IMG/VR virus record: IMGVR_UViG_3300044274_000334
Length of the DNA stretch: 64,000 nt
Reading direction: 5' to 3' (one strand)
Source: a virus
Below the pieces are notes generated by a model. It was not told where the DNA came from. It ran no database searches and saw only the letters and a program-made list of their open reading frames with translations. Every line of letters begins with the position of its first letter. The first letter of the stretch is position 1. The position numbers and the translations under genes were made by a program. Shown piece after piece: positions 47,003 to 57,328 of the stretch.

Positions 47003-47017
47003 CCCAAAAACAGGAAA

Positions 47018-47263
47018 ATGACAATGGCAAACGCCTTTGATACGCTCTCCTATGCCCGCGACCTCGAAAAGTCGGGCATACCCCGCGAACAGGCAGCTGC
47101 ACATGCGGATGCTGCCAGGACATACGTGATGGCGGACCTCGTGACGAAAGAAGACCTCAGGCTCGCTCTTGAGAGCCACGAAAACAAGATGACCATGCGG
47201 ATCGGCTCGATGCTGGCCGCCGTGGTCGGCTTCTACGTTCTGTTGGAGAAGCTCTGGACCTAA
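47018..47263 (+). CDS. DUF1640/CCDC90-like protein
   Basis: AFDTLSYARDLEKSGIPREQA, LVTKEDL, C-terminal TM. Confidence 0.8.
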   Translation: MTMANAFDTLSYARDLEKSGIPREQAAAHADAARTYVMADLVTKEDLRLALESHENKMTMRIGSMLAAVVGFYVLLEKLWT

Positions 47264-47293
47264 ACCACTCCAACCACTCCATCTGAATGCATG

Positions 47294-47320
47294 GCGCGCT
47301 CCACCGAGCGCGCTTTTTTT
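47294..47320 (+). terminator. Intrinsic terminator
   Basis: GCGCGCTC-CACC-GAGCGCGC-T7. Confidence 0.85.
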
Positions 47321-47339
47321 ATGCCAAGGGATCAATCGC

Positions 47340-47657
47340 ATGACAGACCCGATCGCAATTCGTGACCGTTTGCAGGGCTTCTACACCGAGCAGGACGGCG
47401 GTCCGTTCTATATGTGCACGCCACGTCACACGCGCCTTGCCGAAGGCTTCTACAAATCTCTGAACGCCCTCAAGGCTGCGCAGTGGTTAGCGGGAATGCC
47501 TATGCCCAGCGGCTGGAACGTGACCCGGATGAATGACCTGTTTGCCGAGGTCGATTGTGGTCAAGAAACTCTCGCCACCATCTGGATCCGCGAAGCGCTG
47601 GCCTTCTTTCCCGACTGCCTCTCCCGGCTTCCTGTCCCCTCTGATCACACGGACTGA
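47340..47657 (+). CDS. Hypothetical protein
   Basis: RBS directly after the terminator. Confidence 0.65.
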   Translation: MTDPIAIRDRLQGFYTEQDGGPFYMCTPRHTRLAEGFYKSLNALKAAQWLAGMPMPSGWNVTRMNDLFAEVDCGQETLATIWIREALAFFPDCLSRLPVPSDHTD

Positions 47658-47661
47658 CAAC

Positions 47662-48396
47662 ATGAACGCTCCCGCACTTGCGACGCCGCTCCCGTGCGGC
47701 GAATTTACGTTTGACCAGCTGCCTGATAGCGCAAAGGAACATGCGCTCGACAACTGGCGGCACGATGGCCCGCATGACGAATGGTACGATCACACGATCG
47801 AGGATTTCGTGCGCATCGGTGAGATGATCGGCATATCCTTCAAGACCCGGCCGACCCGGCTTTATTCCGGATCAATCGTCCAAGAACCGAATGTCTTTTT
47901 CACCCTCGCATATTGCCAGGGAGACGGCGCATGCTTCGAGGGAGACTGGACGCCACCTGCCGCCCCGTTCGCCGCGCTGTCGAGCGTCATTGAGTACGCA
48001 CCGACGGACAATCGCCTTCACGAAATCGTCTTCAGCATCATGAAGGTTGCCGAAGAACTCGGTCCGAACAGCAATGAAAACGGGCACGTATCCGTCAACG
48101 TCTCCCACCGCGGCGCCTATTACCATGAGCGCAGCTGCCTTTTCGAGAGCCATGATACCAGGTTGGCGACCGCATACGACGACTGGAACGAGCTTCAGCA
48201 AATGGTCTGGGACCGCCTCGCTGAGAAGCGGGGTTTCTTCAAGGTCGAAGACACGATCAAAGAGCCGATGATCAATCTCATGAAGTGGCTCTATGACCAA
48301 CTGCGTGACGAGCACCAGTACCTGACCAGTGACGAGGTGGGGCGCGAAGAACTGGCCGAAAAAGTATTCGACTTCGAAGGAAACGAGCTGACATGA
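47662..48396 (+). CDS. Hypothetical protein of a family common in mobile elements
   Basis: EWYDHTIEDF...CQGDGACFEG...DQLRDEHQYLTSDE. Confidence 0.7.
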   Translation: MNAPALATPLPCGEFTFDQLPDSAKEHALDNWRHDGPHDEWYDHTIEDFVRIGEMIGISFKTRPTRLYSGSIVQEPNVFFTLAYCQGDGACFEGDWTPPAAPFAALSSVIEYAPTDNRLHEIVFSIMKVAEELGPNSNENGHVSVNVSHRGAYYHERSCLFESHDTRLATAYDDWNELQQMVWDRLAEKRGFFKVEDTIKEPMINLMKWLYDQLRDEHQYLTSDEVGREELAEKVFDFEGNELT

Positions 48397-48839
48397 GAAA
48401 ATCCCCCACGCAGCTGACACTGTCCGTCGTAGACCGGTTGACCGGCGCTCTGCCGGAGCGCGTCAGATACCGTTACCGCACCCGGCTCTGGCGCTGGCGA
48501 CAGGTCGTGAAACGGATGCGCATTGGCCTGAAGTACGCCGCAGGCACACTCACCGAACCGGAGGCTCGCGATCTCCTTTGGGAGGCGGAGCAGATTGCTG
48601 GCATCCAATCCCTCGAGTCCTACGGCATCGAGAGCTTCACAACTGAAGTGCTGGAACGGTTCGGCATAGACCTGGACGAGGCACCCGAATACCGCAAGCT
48701 CGCAAAAGAGGCGATCGCCCGCATGGGGGGGCGCTTCGAGAGCGCAGGTCACCAGCGCGATGTCGCGGCTGAGTTCTCCATGGAGTTCTTCATCAAATAC
48801 TGCAACGACGACGGATTAGCCCTCAAGGAGGACGCATGA
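48393..48839 (+). CDS. Hypothetical protein
   Basis: ATGA coupling. Confidence 0.7.
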   Translation: MRKSPTQLTLSVVDRLTGALPERVRYRYRTRLWRWRQVVKRMRIGLKYAAGTLTEPEARDLLWEAEQIAGIQSLESYGIESFTTEVLERFGIDLDEAPEYRKLAKEAIARMGGRFESAGHQRDVAAEFSMEFFIKYCNDDGLALKEDA

Positions 48840-49084
48840 CACCAAACATCACGAACGCCGACCGCGCCGAGGTCGCCTTGGCTGCCGTTCACGCCTTTCA
48901 AGAGACCGATTACCCGGAGGGAATTCTGGAACAGGACATCCGGGACCTGATCACCAACCTTTGCCACCTCTACCGGCGCGAATGCCTCGACGATGAAACG
49001 AACCCGGTGAGTAGCATCGAGGAGATGCTGGAACGGTGCGCCTCGATGCACGACGCGGAAGTCATCGAGGACGATGAGGAGTAG
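48836..49084 (+). CDS. Acidic small hypothetical protein
   Basis: AAGGAGG RBS; NADRA...DLITNLCHL. Confidence 0.75.
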   Translation: MTPNITNADRAEVALAAVHAFQETDYPEGILEQDIRDLITNLCHLYRRECLDDETNPVSSIEEMLERCASMHDAEVIEDDEE

Positions 49085-49110
49085 CAGTACCCGCCAACCA
49101 ACCTTCATCT

Positions 49111-49134
49111 ACCCGCCATTGAGCGGGTTTTTTT
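49111..49134 (+). terminator. Intrinsic terminator
   Basis: ACCCGC-CATTGA-GCGGGT-T6. Confidence 0.85.
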
Positions 49135-49153
49135 GTGCCTGAAAGGACCTGCC

Positions 49154-50056
49154 ATGAACATGATGAATACGCCTTCTGCCTCTGCCACTCTTGCCACCCG
49201 CGCCATGCTGGTGTCGCTGTCCATTTCGCAATGGTCCGGGCGCCGCCTCGACCGTGAGGTCACCGATGAGGTGAACAGCTCTCACAATGCCGCAAACGAT
49301 GCCGGCCGGTACAACAAGCTCTTGCTGCCGAAGGAGGCGTTGAAGGACATCGTCTCGATTGTCAGCGAAACCCGCACAGGTTTCACCGAGCGGACGTTGC
49401 CGTGGATGGATGGCGGTACCCGCATCATGGCGGCCGACGCCTACATGGCCCATTCATCCTGGCTCAACAAACAGCAGGCGAAATTCAACGCTGCGGTTGA
49501 CGACTTCCTCCTCTCCTACCCTGCCCACGTGAACGCCGCCCGTGCTCGCCTCAGCGGCATGTTCAAGGACGAAGATTACCCGGACGTCTCCGAACTTCGC
49601 GCCAAGTTCGGGATCGAGATCAAGATCCTGCCGGTACCGACGTCTGAAGACTTCCGGGTCGATATCTCGGACGCCCAAGCAATCTTCCTTCGCAACGAGA
49701 TCGAGCGGAACGTCACCGAAGCCACCCGGCTTGCTGTTCGGGACGTCTATGGACGGATTGCCGAGGCGACCAAGCGCATGGCTGAGAAGCTCAAGGCCTA
49801 CAAGCCGGCAACTGGTACCGGCAACCGAGCAGAGGGTGTCTTCCGCGACTCTCTCGTTGAGAACATCCGCGACCTGATTGGTCTACTGCCGGGTCTCAAC
49901 ATCACCGGGGATCCGGAACTCGCGAAGATGGCAGATGCGCTGAAACCGCTGGCCGTTCACGATGCCTCGACGCTCCGTGAAGACGCCATCCTGCGAACCA
50001 GCGTGGCTGAAGAGGCCGCTGCAATCTTCGCCAACGTCTCGGACTACATGTCGTGA
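49154..50056 (+). CDS. Helical protein, possibly DUF3150-like
   Basis: MLVSLSISQWSG, TLPW, FRDSLVENI, LNITGDP. Confidence 0.6.
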   Translation: MNMMNTPSASATLATRAMLVSLSISQWSGRRLDREVTDEVNSSHNAANDAGRYNKLLLPKEALKDIVSIVSETRTGFTERTLPWMDGGTRIMAADAYMAHSSWLNKQQAKFNAAVDDFLLSYPAHVNAARARLSGMFKDEDYPDVSELRAKFGIEIKILPVPTSEDFRVDISDAQAIFLRNEIERNVTEATRLAVRDVYGRIAEATKRMAEKLKAYKPATGTGNRAEGVFRDSLVENIRDLIGLLPGLNITGDPELAKMADALKPLAVHDASTLREDAILRTSVAEEAAAIFANVSDYMS

Positions 50057-50412
50057 GACTGGTCGAACCGGCGACGGTGCAGCATATGCGCCGTCTCCTT
50101 ATCCGCATGCAGTCCGAAGTCTTGGAGCACTGCGGTGGGGCCATCTCCGACACGCTTCGGACGACCATCAATGAAACCGATGCGCTGATCTGGAAAACGA
50201 TCAACGCCAACAAGGCTGACATCATGGACGGTGAAGACATCTGTGCCTGCCAGAACTGTGATTGGCGAGGCACGATCGCCCAATGCGATCCTATACAGGA
50301 CATTTTCCAGCGTGTTGCCCCAGGCGAAACCATGCCTGCCGGCGAATGCCCCGATTGTGGGGCTCTCACACAAGTTTGCCGGCAGGAAATGAAGGAGGCG
50401 GCCAATGGGTGA
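50053..50412 (+). CDS. Zn-ribbon hypothetical protein
   Basis: CQNC...CPDCG. Confidence 0.7.
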   Translation: MRLVEPATVQHMRRLLIRMQSEVLEHCGGAISDTLRTTINETDALIWKTINANKADIMDGEDICACQNCDWRGTIAQCDPIQDIFQRVAPGETMPAGECPDCGALTQVCRQEMKEAANG

Positions 50413-50929
50413 CCGTTGCTGGGTCAACGCCCGGATCGGAGGGCACATTGCAAGCAGAGAAGCATTCGACCGACTTCTGGGGCAGATCAACGACGACGGT
50501 GGCGAGCCGATGCACAGCGAAAATATGCGTACCGAGTTCCTGAGTGCTATCGATCACCCAACTAATCTCGAGTTCAGCTTTTTTGGCGTCAACGACGGTG
50601 CGTTGCGTTGCCTGGAAGATCTTTGTTCGGAACTTGATCTTTATTATCAAGCGGACAATGGCGAAGGAGAACATTACACCGCGGCCTGCAAGGCAATTGT
50701 TCCCAAAAACTCAAGCTGCAAGTACGCCGGTCACAGGTTCCACTACCCGGCTTCCGAAGCTGAACCCATGCTCTCAGCCGCTGCCATCAGACGCCACCTC
50801 GACGCCGGGACCTTGACCGAAGAATTGCGGAGGATGGATATCGCAGGCGGCAGCGAGTTGCCTCCAATTTCCGCTGCAGTCGAGGTCGTCGCATACCTCC
50901 GGATCAATCCAAAGGCGGAAGCAGCATGA
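50405..50929 (+). CDS. Hypothetical protein
   Basis: AAGGAGG RBS. Confidence 0.7.
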   Translation: MGDRCWVNARIGGHIASREAFDRLLGQINDDGGEPMHSENMRTEFLSAIDHPTNLEFSFFGVNDGALRCLEDLCSELDLYYQADNGEGEHYTAACKAIVPKNSSCKYAGHRFHYPASEAEPMLSAAAIRRHLDAGTLTEELRRMDIAGGSELPPISAAVEVVAYLRINPKAEAA

Positions 50930-51138
50930 GCAATCTGCGCGTTGTCACCGTCCACATGGAGGAGACGGTCTACTACAGGTTCGATGTCGAAATTCCGGCC
51001 GACACCGAACTGACAGAGGAGACCGTCGCTGCCGAAGCCGAAGCGCACTTTTGCGCGAACGGTCCCCAGGATGGCTGGTTCATAGGCTGCGACGAACGCA
51101 AGGTGACCAGCTTTACCGAAGCTGATCAGAGATCCTGA
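50926..51138 (+). CDS. Small acidic hypothetical protein
   Basis: ATGA coupling. Confidence 0.7.
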   Translation: MSNLRVVTVHMEETVYYRFDVEIPADTELTEETVAAEAEAHFCANGPQDGWFIGCDERKVTSFTEADQRS

Positions 51139-51165
51139 CCAGAACACCGATATCTCTCCAAACTC

Positions 51166-51188
51166 AGCCGCCTCTGTGCGGCTTTTTT
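51166..51188 (+). terminator. Intrinsic terminator
   Basis: AGCCGC-CTCTGT-GCGGCT-TTTTT. Confidence 0.8.
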
Positions 51189-51209
51189 CTTGTCTGAAAG
51201 GATGATCAC

Positions 51210-52196
51210 ATGAACCTCAACGAAGCCTCCGAAACCCTTGAGATCCTGCTCGACGCCGACACACCCGCCATGCTCTGGGGCGCAGTCGGCATCGGCAAGT
51301 CATCGATCGTGAAACAGGTCGCAAAAAAGCGCGAGCAGAAGGTCATCGACTTCCGTGCTTCCACCCGTGACCCGGTCGCCCTCATGGGCCTGCCTGATAT
51401 CACCGGTGACACCTCTCGCTGGAAGGTGCCGGATGAATTTCCCAAGGTCGAACGCGATGGAGCCGAGGGCATTCTTCTCCTTGATGAGATCAACGCCGCT
51501 GCACCGTCGATGCAGGCAGCCTGCTTCGGTTTCGTTCTTGACCGGCAGGTTGGCGAGTACAAGTTGCCGGAAGGTTGGCGGATCGTAGCCGCTGGCAACC
51601 GGCAGTCTGACCGGGCGGCAGCTCAACGTATGCCGTCCGCTCTCGCCAACCGCTTCGCGCACATCGATGTCGAGCCCGACGTCAAGACGACCACTGACCA
51701 CTTCAACGAGATCGACCTGTCACCAGTCGTTACTGCATTTCTGCGGTTCCGGCCCGAGCTGCTGCACAAGCCTGGCAATGGTGATGCTCGGTCGTTCCCG
51801 ACACCCAGATCGTGGGAACAGGCGGCGAAGTTCATCGACGCTCCGGAAAAGCTTCGGTTCGGGCTCCTCGCCGGCAACGTCGGCGAGGCAGCTGCAGGAG
51901 AGCTGGAAGGCTTCATCCGCACCTACCGCAATCTACCGTCGATCGAACTGGTGCTCGCTAATCCCAACAGTGCGCCCGTGCCTGAGAAACCGGACGCACG
52001 GTTCGCTATCTCTTCCGCTCTCGCTCGGAGGGTAACTGAAACCACGATCGCCAATGCCTGCGCTTACATGAAACGGCTCCCACGGGAGTTCACTATCAGT
52101 TTCATGGTCGATGCCGTTCGACGGCGTTCCGGTCTGTCACACACGGACGCATTTGTGCAGTGGTCCACTGAGAACCAGGACGTTGTGTTCGGATGA
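51210..52196 (+). CDS. MoxR-type AAA+ ATPase
   Basis: Walker A GAVGIGKS, Walker B LLLDE, IVAAGN, ANRFAH, PTPRSWE. Confidence 0.9.
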   Translation: MNLNEASETLEILLDADTPAMLWGAVGIGKSSIVKQVAKKREQKVIDFRASTRDPVALMGLPDITGDTSRWKVPDEFPKVERDGAEGILLLDEINAAAPSMQAACFGFVLDRQVGEYKLPEGWRIVAAGNRQSDRAAAQRMPSALANRFAHIDVEPDVKTTTDHFNEIDLSPVVTAFLRFRPELLHKPGNGDARSFPTPRSWEQAAKFIDAPEKLRFGLLAGNVGEAAAGELEGFIRTYRNLPSIELVLANPNSAPVPEKPDARFAISSALARRVTETTIANACAYMKRLPREFTISFMVDAVRRRSGLSHTDAFVQWSTENQDVVFG

Positions 52197-52531
52197 GCGA
52201 GCTGATCTGCGGTCCAATCCAATTCGATTGGCGGTCCGATACTATCGAGAGGAGCGACCGGTTCACTTGGTCCTTCATCGGGTTCACCGAAGACACGGTG
52301 AGGCGTCGCCGCCTCACCTTCAACACCAAGACCCGGAAGTTCTCTTCCTCAATTCAAACCAAACGAGACCGGGAGTTGGCGCCAGATAACCAGCGCCACC
52401 TCAGGACAATCTACTTACCTTCCTGTGTCCGGCTGAAGGATCTTCCCGGCGCAACACCCACGGAACGGCTTCGCTCCATGCTCAGCGAGAAGGAGGTCGC
52501 CCATGCCCTGTCCCGATCAATCAACCGATAG
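52193..52531 (+). CDS. Hypothetical protein
   Basis: ATGA coupling. Confidence 0.65.
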   Translation: MSELICGPIQFDWRSDTIERSDRFTWSFIGFTEDTVRRRRLTFNTKTRKFSSSIQTKRDRELAPDNQRHLRTIYLPSCVRLKDLPGATPTERLRSMLSEKEVAHALSRSINR

Positions 52532-52546
52532 ACTGCAGGAGGCCAG

Positions 52547-52897
52547 ATGGTTGCTCTTCGTTATGTTTGGGGCCCATTCAAGAAGGAGCGCTTCGACAAA
52601 CGAGGCGAAATGAGCTGGCATTTCAATGCCATTCGCGTCGATCACACCACGGCGCACTACAAGCTCACCTATCACGCGGCCCTTAGAGCGTTCAAAGCCT
52701 CAAACGTCCCGCTCTCAAAGTCCACGAAGGCTCACATTGAACACCCTGACATGTTCATCGGTTCGGATCGTTCGAAAGATCCTCCGGTGAAGGAAGGGAA
52801 GCTCAACAAGATCCTGCGTGACTTGCTCACTCAGGCGGATCTCGCGGAATGCACTGCAATGTCCATCCTCCACGCCAAGAATATGGGCATCGGGTGA
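52547..52897 (+). CDS. Hypothetical protein
   Basis: GGAGG RBS. Confidence 0.7.
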   Translation: MVALRYVWGPFKKERFDKRGEMSWHFNAIRVDHTTAHYKLTYHAALRAFKASNVPLSKSTKAHIEHPDMFIGSDRSKDPPVKEGKLNKILRDLLTQADLAECTAMSILHAKNMGIG

Positions 52898-53807
52898 TGA
52901 AGCATGTGCAAACACAGCTCGCTCAAGATGTGTTCGAACTCAGAGTGGTGATTTTCAATGTCTGCGAGTAGATACGCAGTTCAACGTCTTGAACTTGATT
53001 CAGCTTTCTAACGGAAAGGTCACCAGTTTGCGCTGGAACAAACAAAATATCAGGCCAGGGCTGATCGCCCTGGGTGATAGTCACGCTCTTTACAATTTCG
53101 CGGGTGTTGCTGACGCCAAGATATTTTGGCTCGGCCCTGTCACCATGCACCGAGCAGCACGGGACGGTATCCGCGTTCTAATCCCGAAAAACTGCAGGCC
53201 GAACAAAGGTGACTTCTTCGTACTGTCTTTTGGTGAGATTGATTGTCGGGCGCACGTTAAAAGGCAGTCTGTCTTAAAGGAAACGGACACGATTGAAGAA
53301 GTTGACAACCTTTGTGCCCGCTTCGAAGCGGCGTTGACAGAATTCAAGGCAACGTGCCGAGCGAACATATGCTTGATGTCTGTCGGTCCGTATAACCCGG
53401 AGTTCCTTGACTGCTCGGCCTATGACAGCCCCGAGGAATGTAGGCAGGACGCTAAGGCGATCCGCGACCGCATCAATCAACGGCTGTCGCAAATGGGGTA
53501 CCCATTCATTGATTACCGGGATGCGTTCTCAAACGCAGATGGGTCCATCAAGTCGGACATGTCGGATGGAAATGTTCATATCGATCACCGGCTCTCTGAA
53601 CCAATTTTGACCGCCTTGAACCTGGTAACCGGCGTTTCCTACGCCAGCAGGATACCGCCTTGGCCGTATCCCCGTTCGCTGAACGAGCCGCCTTATGTCC
53701 ACCCATTGAAGCTATTGCAGAAGCGCCTACTGCACTTCACGCGCCCGTTCCGTCGGAGATTGGGGAAGTTAGTCCCCGGTCGCAAAACGGATCGAAAGCA
53801 TCCGTAA
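52818..53807 (+). CDS. SGNH/GDSL-type hydrolase; true start probably near 52990
   Basis: ALGDSH, FGEIDCR, SDGNVH. Confidence 0.7.
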   Translation: MTCSLRRISRNALQCPSSTPRIWASGDEACANTARSRCVRTQSGDFQCLRVDTQFNVLNLIQLSNGKVTSLRWNKQNIRPGLIALGDSHALYNFAGVADAKIFWLGPVTMHRAARDGIRVLIPKNCRPNKGDFFVLSFGEIDCRAHVKRQSVLKETDTIEEVDNLCARFEAALTEFKATCRANICLMSVGPYNPEFLDCSAYDSPEECRQDAKAIRDRINQRLSQMGYPFIDYRDAFSNADGSIKSDMSDGNVHIDHRLSEPILTALNLVTGVSYASRIPPWPYPRSLNEPPYVHPLKLLQKRLLHFTRPFRRRLGKLVPGRKTDRKHP

Positions 53808-53820
53808 ATGAGGAGAAGCG

Positions 53821-54114
53821 ATGATCAAACTAAAGATCTACGCCCGCTCCAAATGCCTCAGAGAACAGAGCGGTGACCTTCTCTGGCTCTTCGACGTTTG
53901 TCAGGAAGGCTGGGACCCGCAGCGGTACCAGCTGAAGTTCAAGGCGGCCAGACGGGTGTTTCAAGCAACGCCCGTCAACATGAAAGTTCCCCTCCGGATC
54001 GACAAATCGAAAGCCATCGACGTCTCGGGGAAGTCGTTCCGCGAGATTTTCAAATCTCGACTGACACAAGAGGAGATTGCTCGCTGTACCCGAGCAGCAA
54101 TCGAAAGGAGATAA
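53821..54114 (+). CDS. Hypothetical protein
   Basis: GAGGAG RBS. Confidence 0.7.
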   Translation: MIKLKIYARSKCLREQSGDLLWLFDVCQEGWDPQRYQLKFKAARRVFQATPVNMKVPLRIDKSKAIDVSGKSFREIFKSRLTQEEIARCTRAAIERR

Positions 54115-54115
54115 C

Positions 54116-55297
54116 GTGACCCCAGCAGACAAGATCCTGGCTGCCCGCACTGCATTGCTATGGGACCATCCGTTCTTTGGCGCTCTCGCCATAGGGCTGC
54201 AGACGGTCAACGCCACCAGCGATCCATCGATCACCACAATGGCAACGGACGGAACGCACTTGTTCTACGACGACAAGTTCGTGGCCGGCCTAAGCAAAGA
54301 GGAGTTGATGTTCGTCCTTGCCCACGAGGTATTGCACAACGCCTTTGAGCATCACATTCGGCGACAGGATCGCGCGCCTGGCAAGTTCAACAAAGCCTGC
54401 GACTACGCGATCAACGGCGAGCTGGTCGCGACCGGCGTTGGGAAGATGCCTGTCCTCGGTCTGATCGACCCGCACTTCACCGGGTTGGGGGCCGAACAGA
54501 TTTACAACATGCTTCCTGACGACGACGGGGGCGGCTCAAGCAATGGAGACGGAAGCGGTTCTGGATCAGGCAGCTCAGCCGACCCGGGCGGATGTGGTGG
54601 CGTTCTTGACGCTGCTCCCAGCCATGACACCGCCGCCTTGTCTAAGGCCCGCGCTGAAATGCAGACGAAGGTGCGCATGGCTGCCAATCTTGCGAAGGCT
54701 GCGAACCAAGGCACCCTTCCCGCTGCGGTGCAAAGAATCGTCGACAGCCTTCTGAAGCCGAAGGTCGATTGGAGAGCTGTCCTCCGACGTTTCGTCGATG
54801 AGTCTGTGACCCGCGACTTTTCGTGGGCTCGCCCGAACCGACGTCTTCTGCCCCATGGCTTCATCACGCCGGGAACAATTTCCGACGGCGTCCCTCACGT
54901 TTCCATCTGCGTCGACACCTCCGGGTCGATCGACGATGAAATCCTGGGCGCATTTGCAGCTGAAGTCCGCGGTGCCCTGGACGAGGGTGCGGTCGACGCT
55001 ATCACCGTCGTCTACTGCGACGCAGCGGTCGGGAATGTCGACAACTTCGAACGCGGTGACGAGCTTGCCTTGCACCCCACCGGTGGCGGCGGGACAAGGT
55101 TCAGCCCCGCTCTCCGGTACGTTCGGGAGAAGCGGTCCGATACCAAGGCAATCATCTATCTCACCGACCTGCACTGTAGCGACTTCGGCCAGGACCCAAG
55201 CATCCCGGTTCTTTGGGGCGTCTACGGTCGCGACAAGGACTTCGATAGCCTTGCCACTCCCTTCGGTGAGTTGATCCAGATCCAAGAAAATCTGTGA
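54116..55297 (+). CDS. DUF2201-type metallopeptidase-like plus vWA domain protein
   Basis: MATDG, AHEVLH (HExxH), Gly/Ser linker, VDTSGS MIDAS, GGGGT, YLTD; GTG start after AAGGAG. Confidence 0.88.
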   Translation: MTPADKILAARTALLWDHPFFGALAIGLQTVNATSDPSITTMATDGTHLFYDDKFVAGLSKEELMFVLAHEVLHNAFEHHIRRQDRAPGKFNKACDYAINGELVATGVGKMPVLGLIDPHFTGLGAEQIYNMLPDDDGGGSSNGDGSGSGSGSSADPGGCGGVLDAAPSHDTAALSKARAEMQTKVRMAANLAKAANQGTLPAAVQRIVDSLLKPKVDWRAVLRRFVDESVTRDFSWARPNRRLLPHGFITPGTISDGVPHVSICVDTSGSIDDEILGAFAAEVRGALDEGAVDAITVVYCDAAVGNVDNFERGDELALHPTGGGGTRFSPALRYVREKRSDTKAIIYLTDLHCSDFGQDPSIPVLWGVYGRDKDFDSLATPFGELIQIQENL

Positions 55298-55304
55298 GGT
55301 TCCC

Positions 55305-55781
55305 ATGCCCATCTATTTCGTAAATGCAGGTACCGTGAGTGGTTCGTGCGACTTCAGCATGTTTGTCGAAGCTGGCGAGCCGATCGAGGTTCCCGAGATT
55401 TACAAACGAGACGTGTCCTCCTGCTTCAACGTTCCTGTAGAGGAGCTTGAAATCAAGGACATCTTTGAAATCCCCCAACCGAACGGACGGAATAGGGTGC
55501 TCCCTTGGAGCGACACCGAAGGCGTTTGGTCGGTGGTGCATTGGGCAATCGAACCGGTCAGCAACTACACCGTCATCGGCCGAGCCCATGGCGACGACGA
55601 GGCGACGACGATCGTCTTCAACGACTGCACCCGATCGGAAGCGTTGAAAAAATTCGCCGAGGACCTTCGCCCTAATCCGGACCACCTCGCTATCCTTCGG
55701 GAGAACGCAGATACCCCCGATTGGGATGGCGTCTACATCGACGCCGTCATCAACTCCTCAGCCCCTATGACCCTAGCCTGA
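55305..55781 (+). CDS. Hypothetical protein
   Basis: GAGGT RBS. Confidence 0.7.
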   Translation: MPIYFVNAGTVSGSCDFSMFVEAGEPIEVPEIYKRDVSSCFNVPVEELEIKDIFEIPQPNGRNRVLPWSDTEGVWSVVHWAIEPVSNYTVIGRAHGDDEATTIVFNDCTRSEALKKFAEDLRPNPDHLAILRENADTPDWDGVYIDAVINSSAPMTLA

Positions 55782-55805
55782 CACCACCATCCTAAACGCA
55801 GACGC

Positions 55806-55830
55806 GCCGGCAACTAAGCCGGCTTTTTTT
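55806..55830 (+). terminator. Intrinsic terminator
   Basis: GCCGGC-AACTAA-GCCGGC-T7. Confidence 0.85.
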
Positions 55831-55842
55831 ATGGAGAAACCA

Positions 55843-56712
55843 ATGAACAAAGTGCACCCGGTTGAGGACTGGCAATCAGAGGTCGTCAATGGTGAAACAC
55901 GGTTGGGATATGCCGATTGGGTCCAGTTGCAGGACGATACCACGAGATCTGCTGTGAGGTTTGACCTAAGGGGTGCGGTCGACATCATCGACTCTGCCGC
56001 CGTGTCCTTGATCGGCGACAGCGGCGACGTCCCTTCCGAACTCCCAGGTTTCGCGGCAGCAAAAGCACTCCTCCAAGAAGAGATCTCTGTCCTGGCCGGT
56101 GAAAGCCGGCCGGAAAAGGATCCGACGTTCACCTACCTGCAGATGGAGGCGGCCTTGTGCGTCTGGGAATGGATGCTGGAAAACAGGCATGACATCAGCA
56201 AACAGGACGTCTTGCAGCGTTTGGAAAGCTCCAATGCACACGACATCATCAATTTGAACGCGACCTGGGACGGCAACGGCAGCCCTACGATGCGGGATCT
56301 AGCACGCCACGCCGGCGACATCGTCCTTGCGGTTCATGATCGCATGATCGCTGAACACTTCGATTGGGAGGCTCCTTACGATTGGGAGTTTGTCCCTGCG
56401 GTTCTACGGCACATCGATTGGGACAACCTGAACTCTCGGCACAGCTACGGTGGCAAGGAAGACGATGTCCACGATATCGAGGCGATCTGGGAGCACATCA
56501 AGTCGCATGAAGCCGATAACCTCAGCGAGTTCGACCCGAAGCAGCGATGGATCTCCGAAGCTTTAGCCTACGCTCATCGAAAGTACAGCTGCAGAGACAT
56601 CGTCGAAGGTCACCCTGAGATGGCAGACCAATCGTACCTGGATGGTGAGAGCCCTCGTCAGTACGTCGATGATTTCGCTCGAAAGTATGATGTGGACTGC
56701 CCGGACCAGTAG
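55843..56712 (+). CDS. Acidic hypothetical protein
   Basis: GGAGA RBS after the terminator. Confidence 0.75.
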   Translation: MNKVHPVEDWQSEVVNGETRLGYADWVQLQDDTTRSAVRFDLRGAVDIIDSAAVSLIGDSGDVPSELPGFAAAKALLQEEISVLAGESRPEKDPTFTYLQMEAALCVWEWMLENRHDISKQDVLQRLESSNAHDIINLNATWDGNGSPTMRDLARHAGDIVLAVHDRMIAEHFDWEAPYDWEFVPAVLRHIDWDNLNSRHSYGGKEDDVHDIEAIWEHIKSHEADNLSEFDPKQRWISEALAYAHRKYSCRDIVEGHPEMADQSYLDGESPRQYVDDFARKYDVDCPDQ

Positions 56713-56714
56713 CC

Positions 56715-57098
56715 ATGGAGACAGGCAGAAGCATCGGTGATGCAATATTGGAGCGTGTCTACGCGGAACTGCATGACCCCTACCATGTAGATGTGGCCAG
56801 CCTGATCGCAACTTTCGAGGAATACCGACCCAGGATCGACACCCGTGAAGACCTCGTACAGCTCGAGGAAGACATCGATGACCTAACCAGTGCATATCAG
56901 ACTTGGTCGAAAGGTCGCATCTATCCGGTCATCGTTGATTACGAGGCGGTGCCGGTCACCTTTACGGCAGCAACCGTGAGAGTGAAACACGGTGTGCCTG
57001 AAGCAGAATACTCGAATTGCGCTCTGCTGCCTTCGCACGGCCTCCGATACACAATCCCGAAAGTCAGAAACAAAACGACGAACCTTGAGGAGCACTAA
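56715..57098 (+). CDS. Hypothetical protein
   Basis: In the operon context. Confidence 0.6.
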   Translation: METGRSIGDAILERVYAELHDPYHVDVASLIATFEEYRPRIDTREDLVQLEEDIDDLTSAYQTWSKGRIYPVIVDYEAVPVTFTAATVRVKHGVPEAEYSNCALLPSHGLRYTIPKVRNKTTNLEEH

Positions 57099-57328
57099 AT
57101 CTGTATTGCCTGATCACCGAGGACGACGGGATCGCCACGCTCTACGAGCTGACACCACCCGAACGCTTGACGGTCATCGCTCAATCTGTGCTTCAGCCGC
57201 CCGGTTCTGAGATGACACACAAGCTCGTCGACCACTCCACCGCAATGCGGCATGTCCGAGACGGCGGACGATTTGTAACCGAACGGCCTGCCAACCTCGG
57301 TGCGCTGGCCGTTGTCACCCCTCTTTAT

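Noticed and set aside
47662-48396. Antitoxin label often given to this family
   Set aside because: No adjacent toxin recognised and no evidence in the sequence
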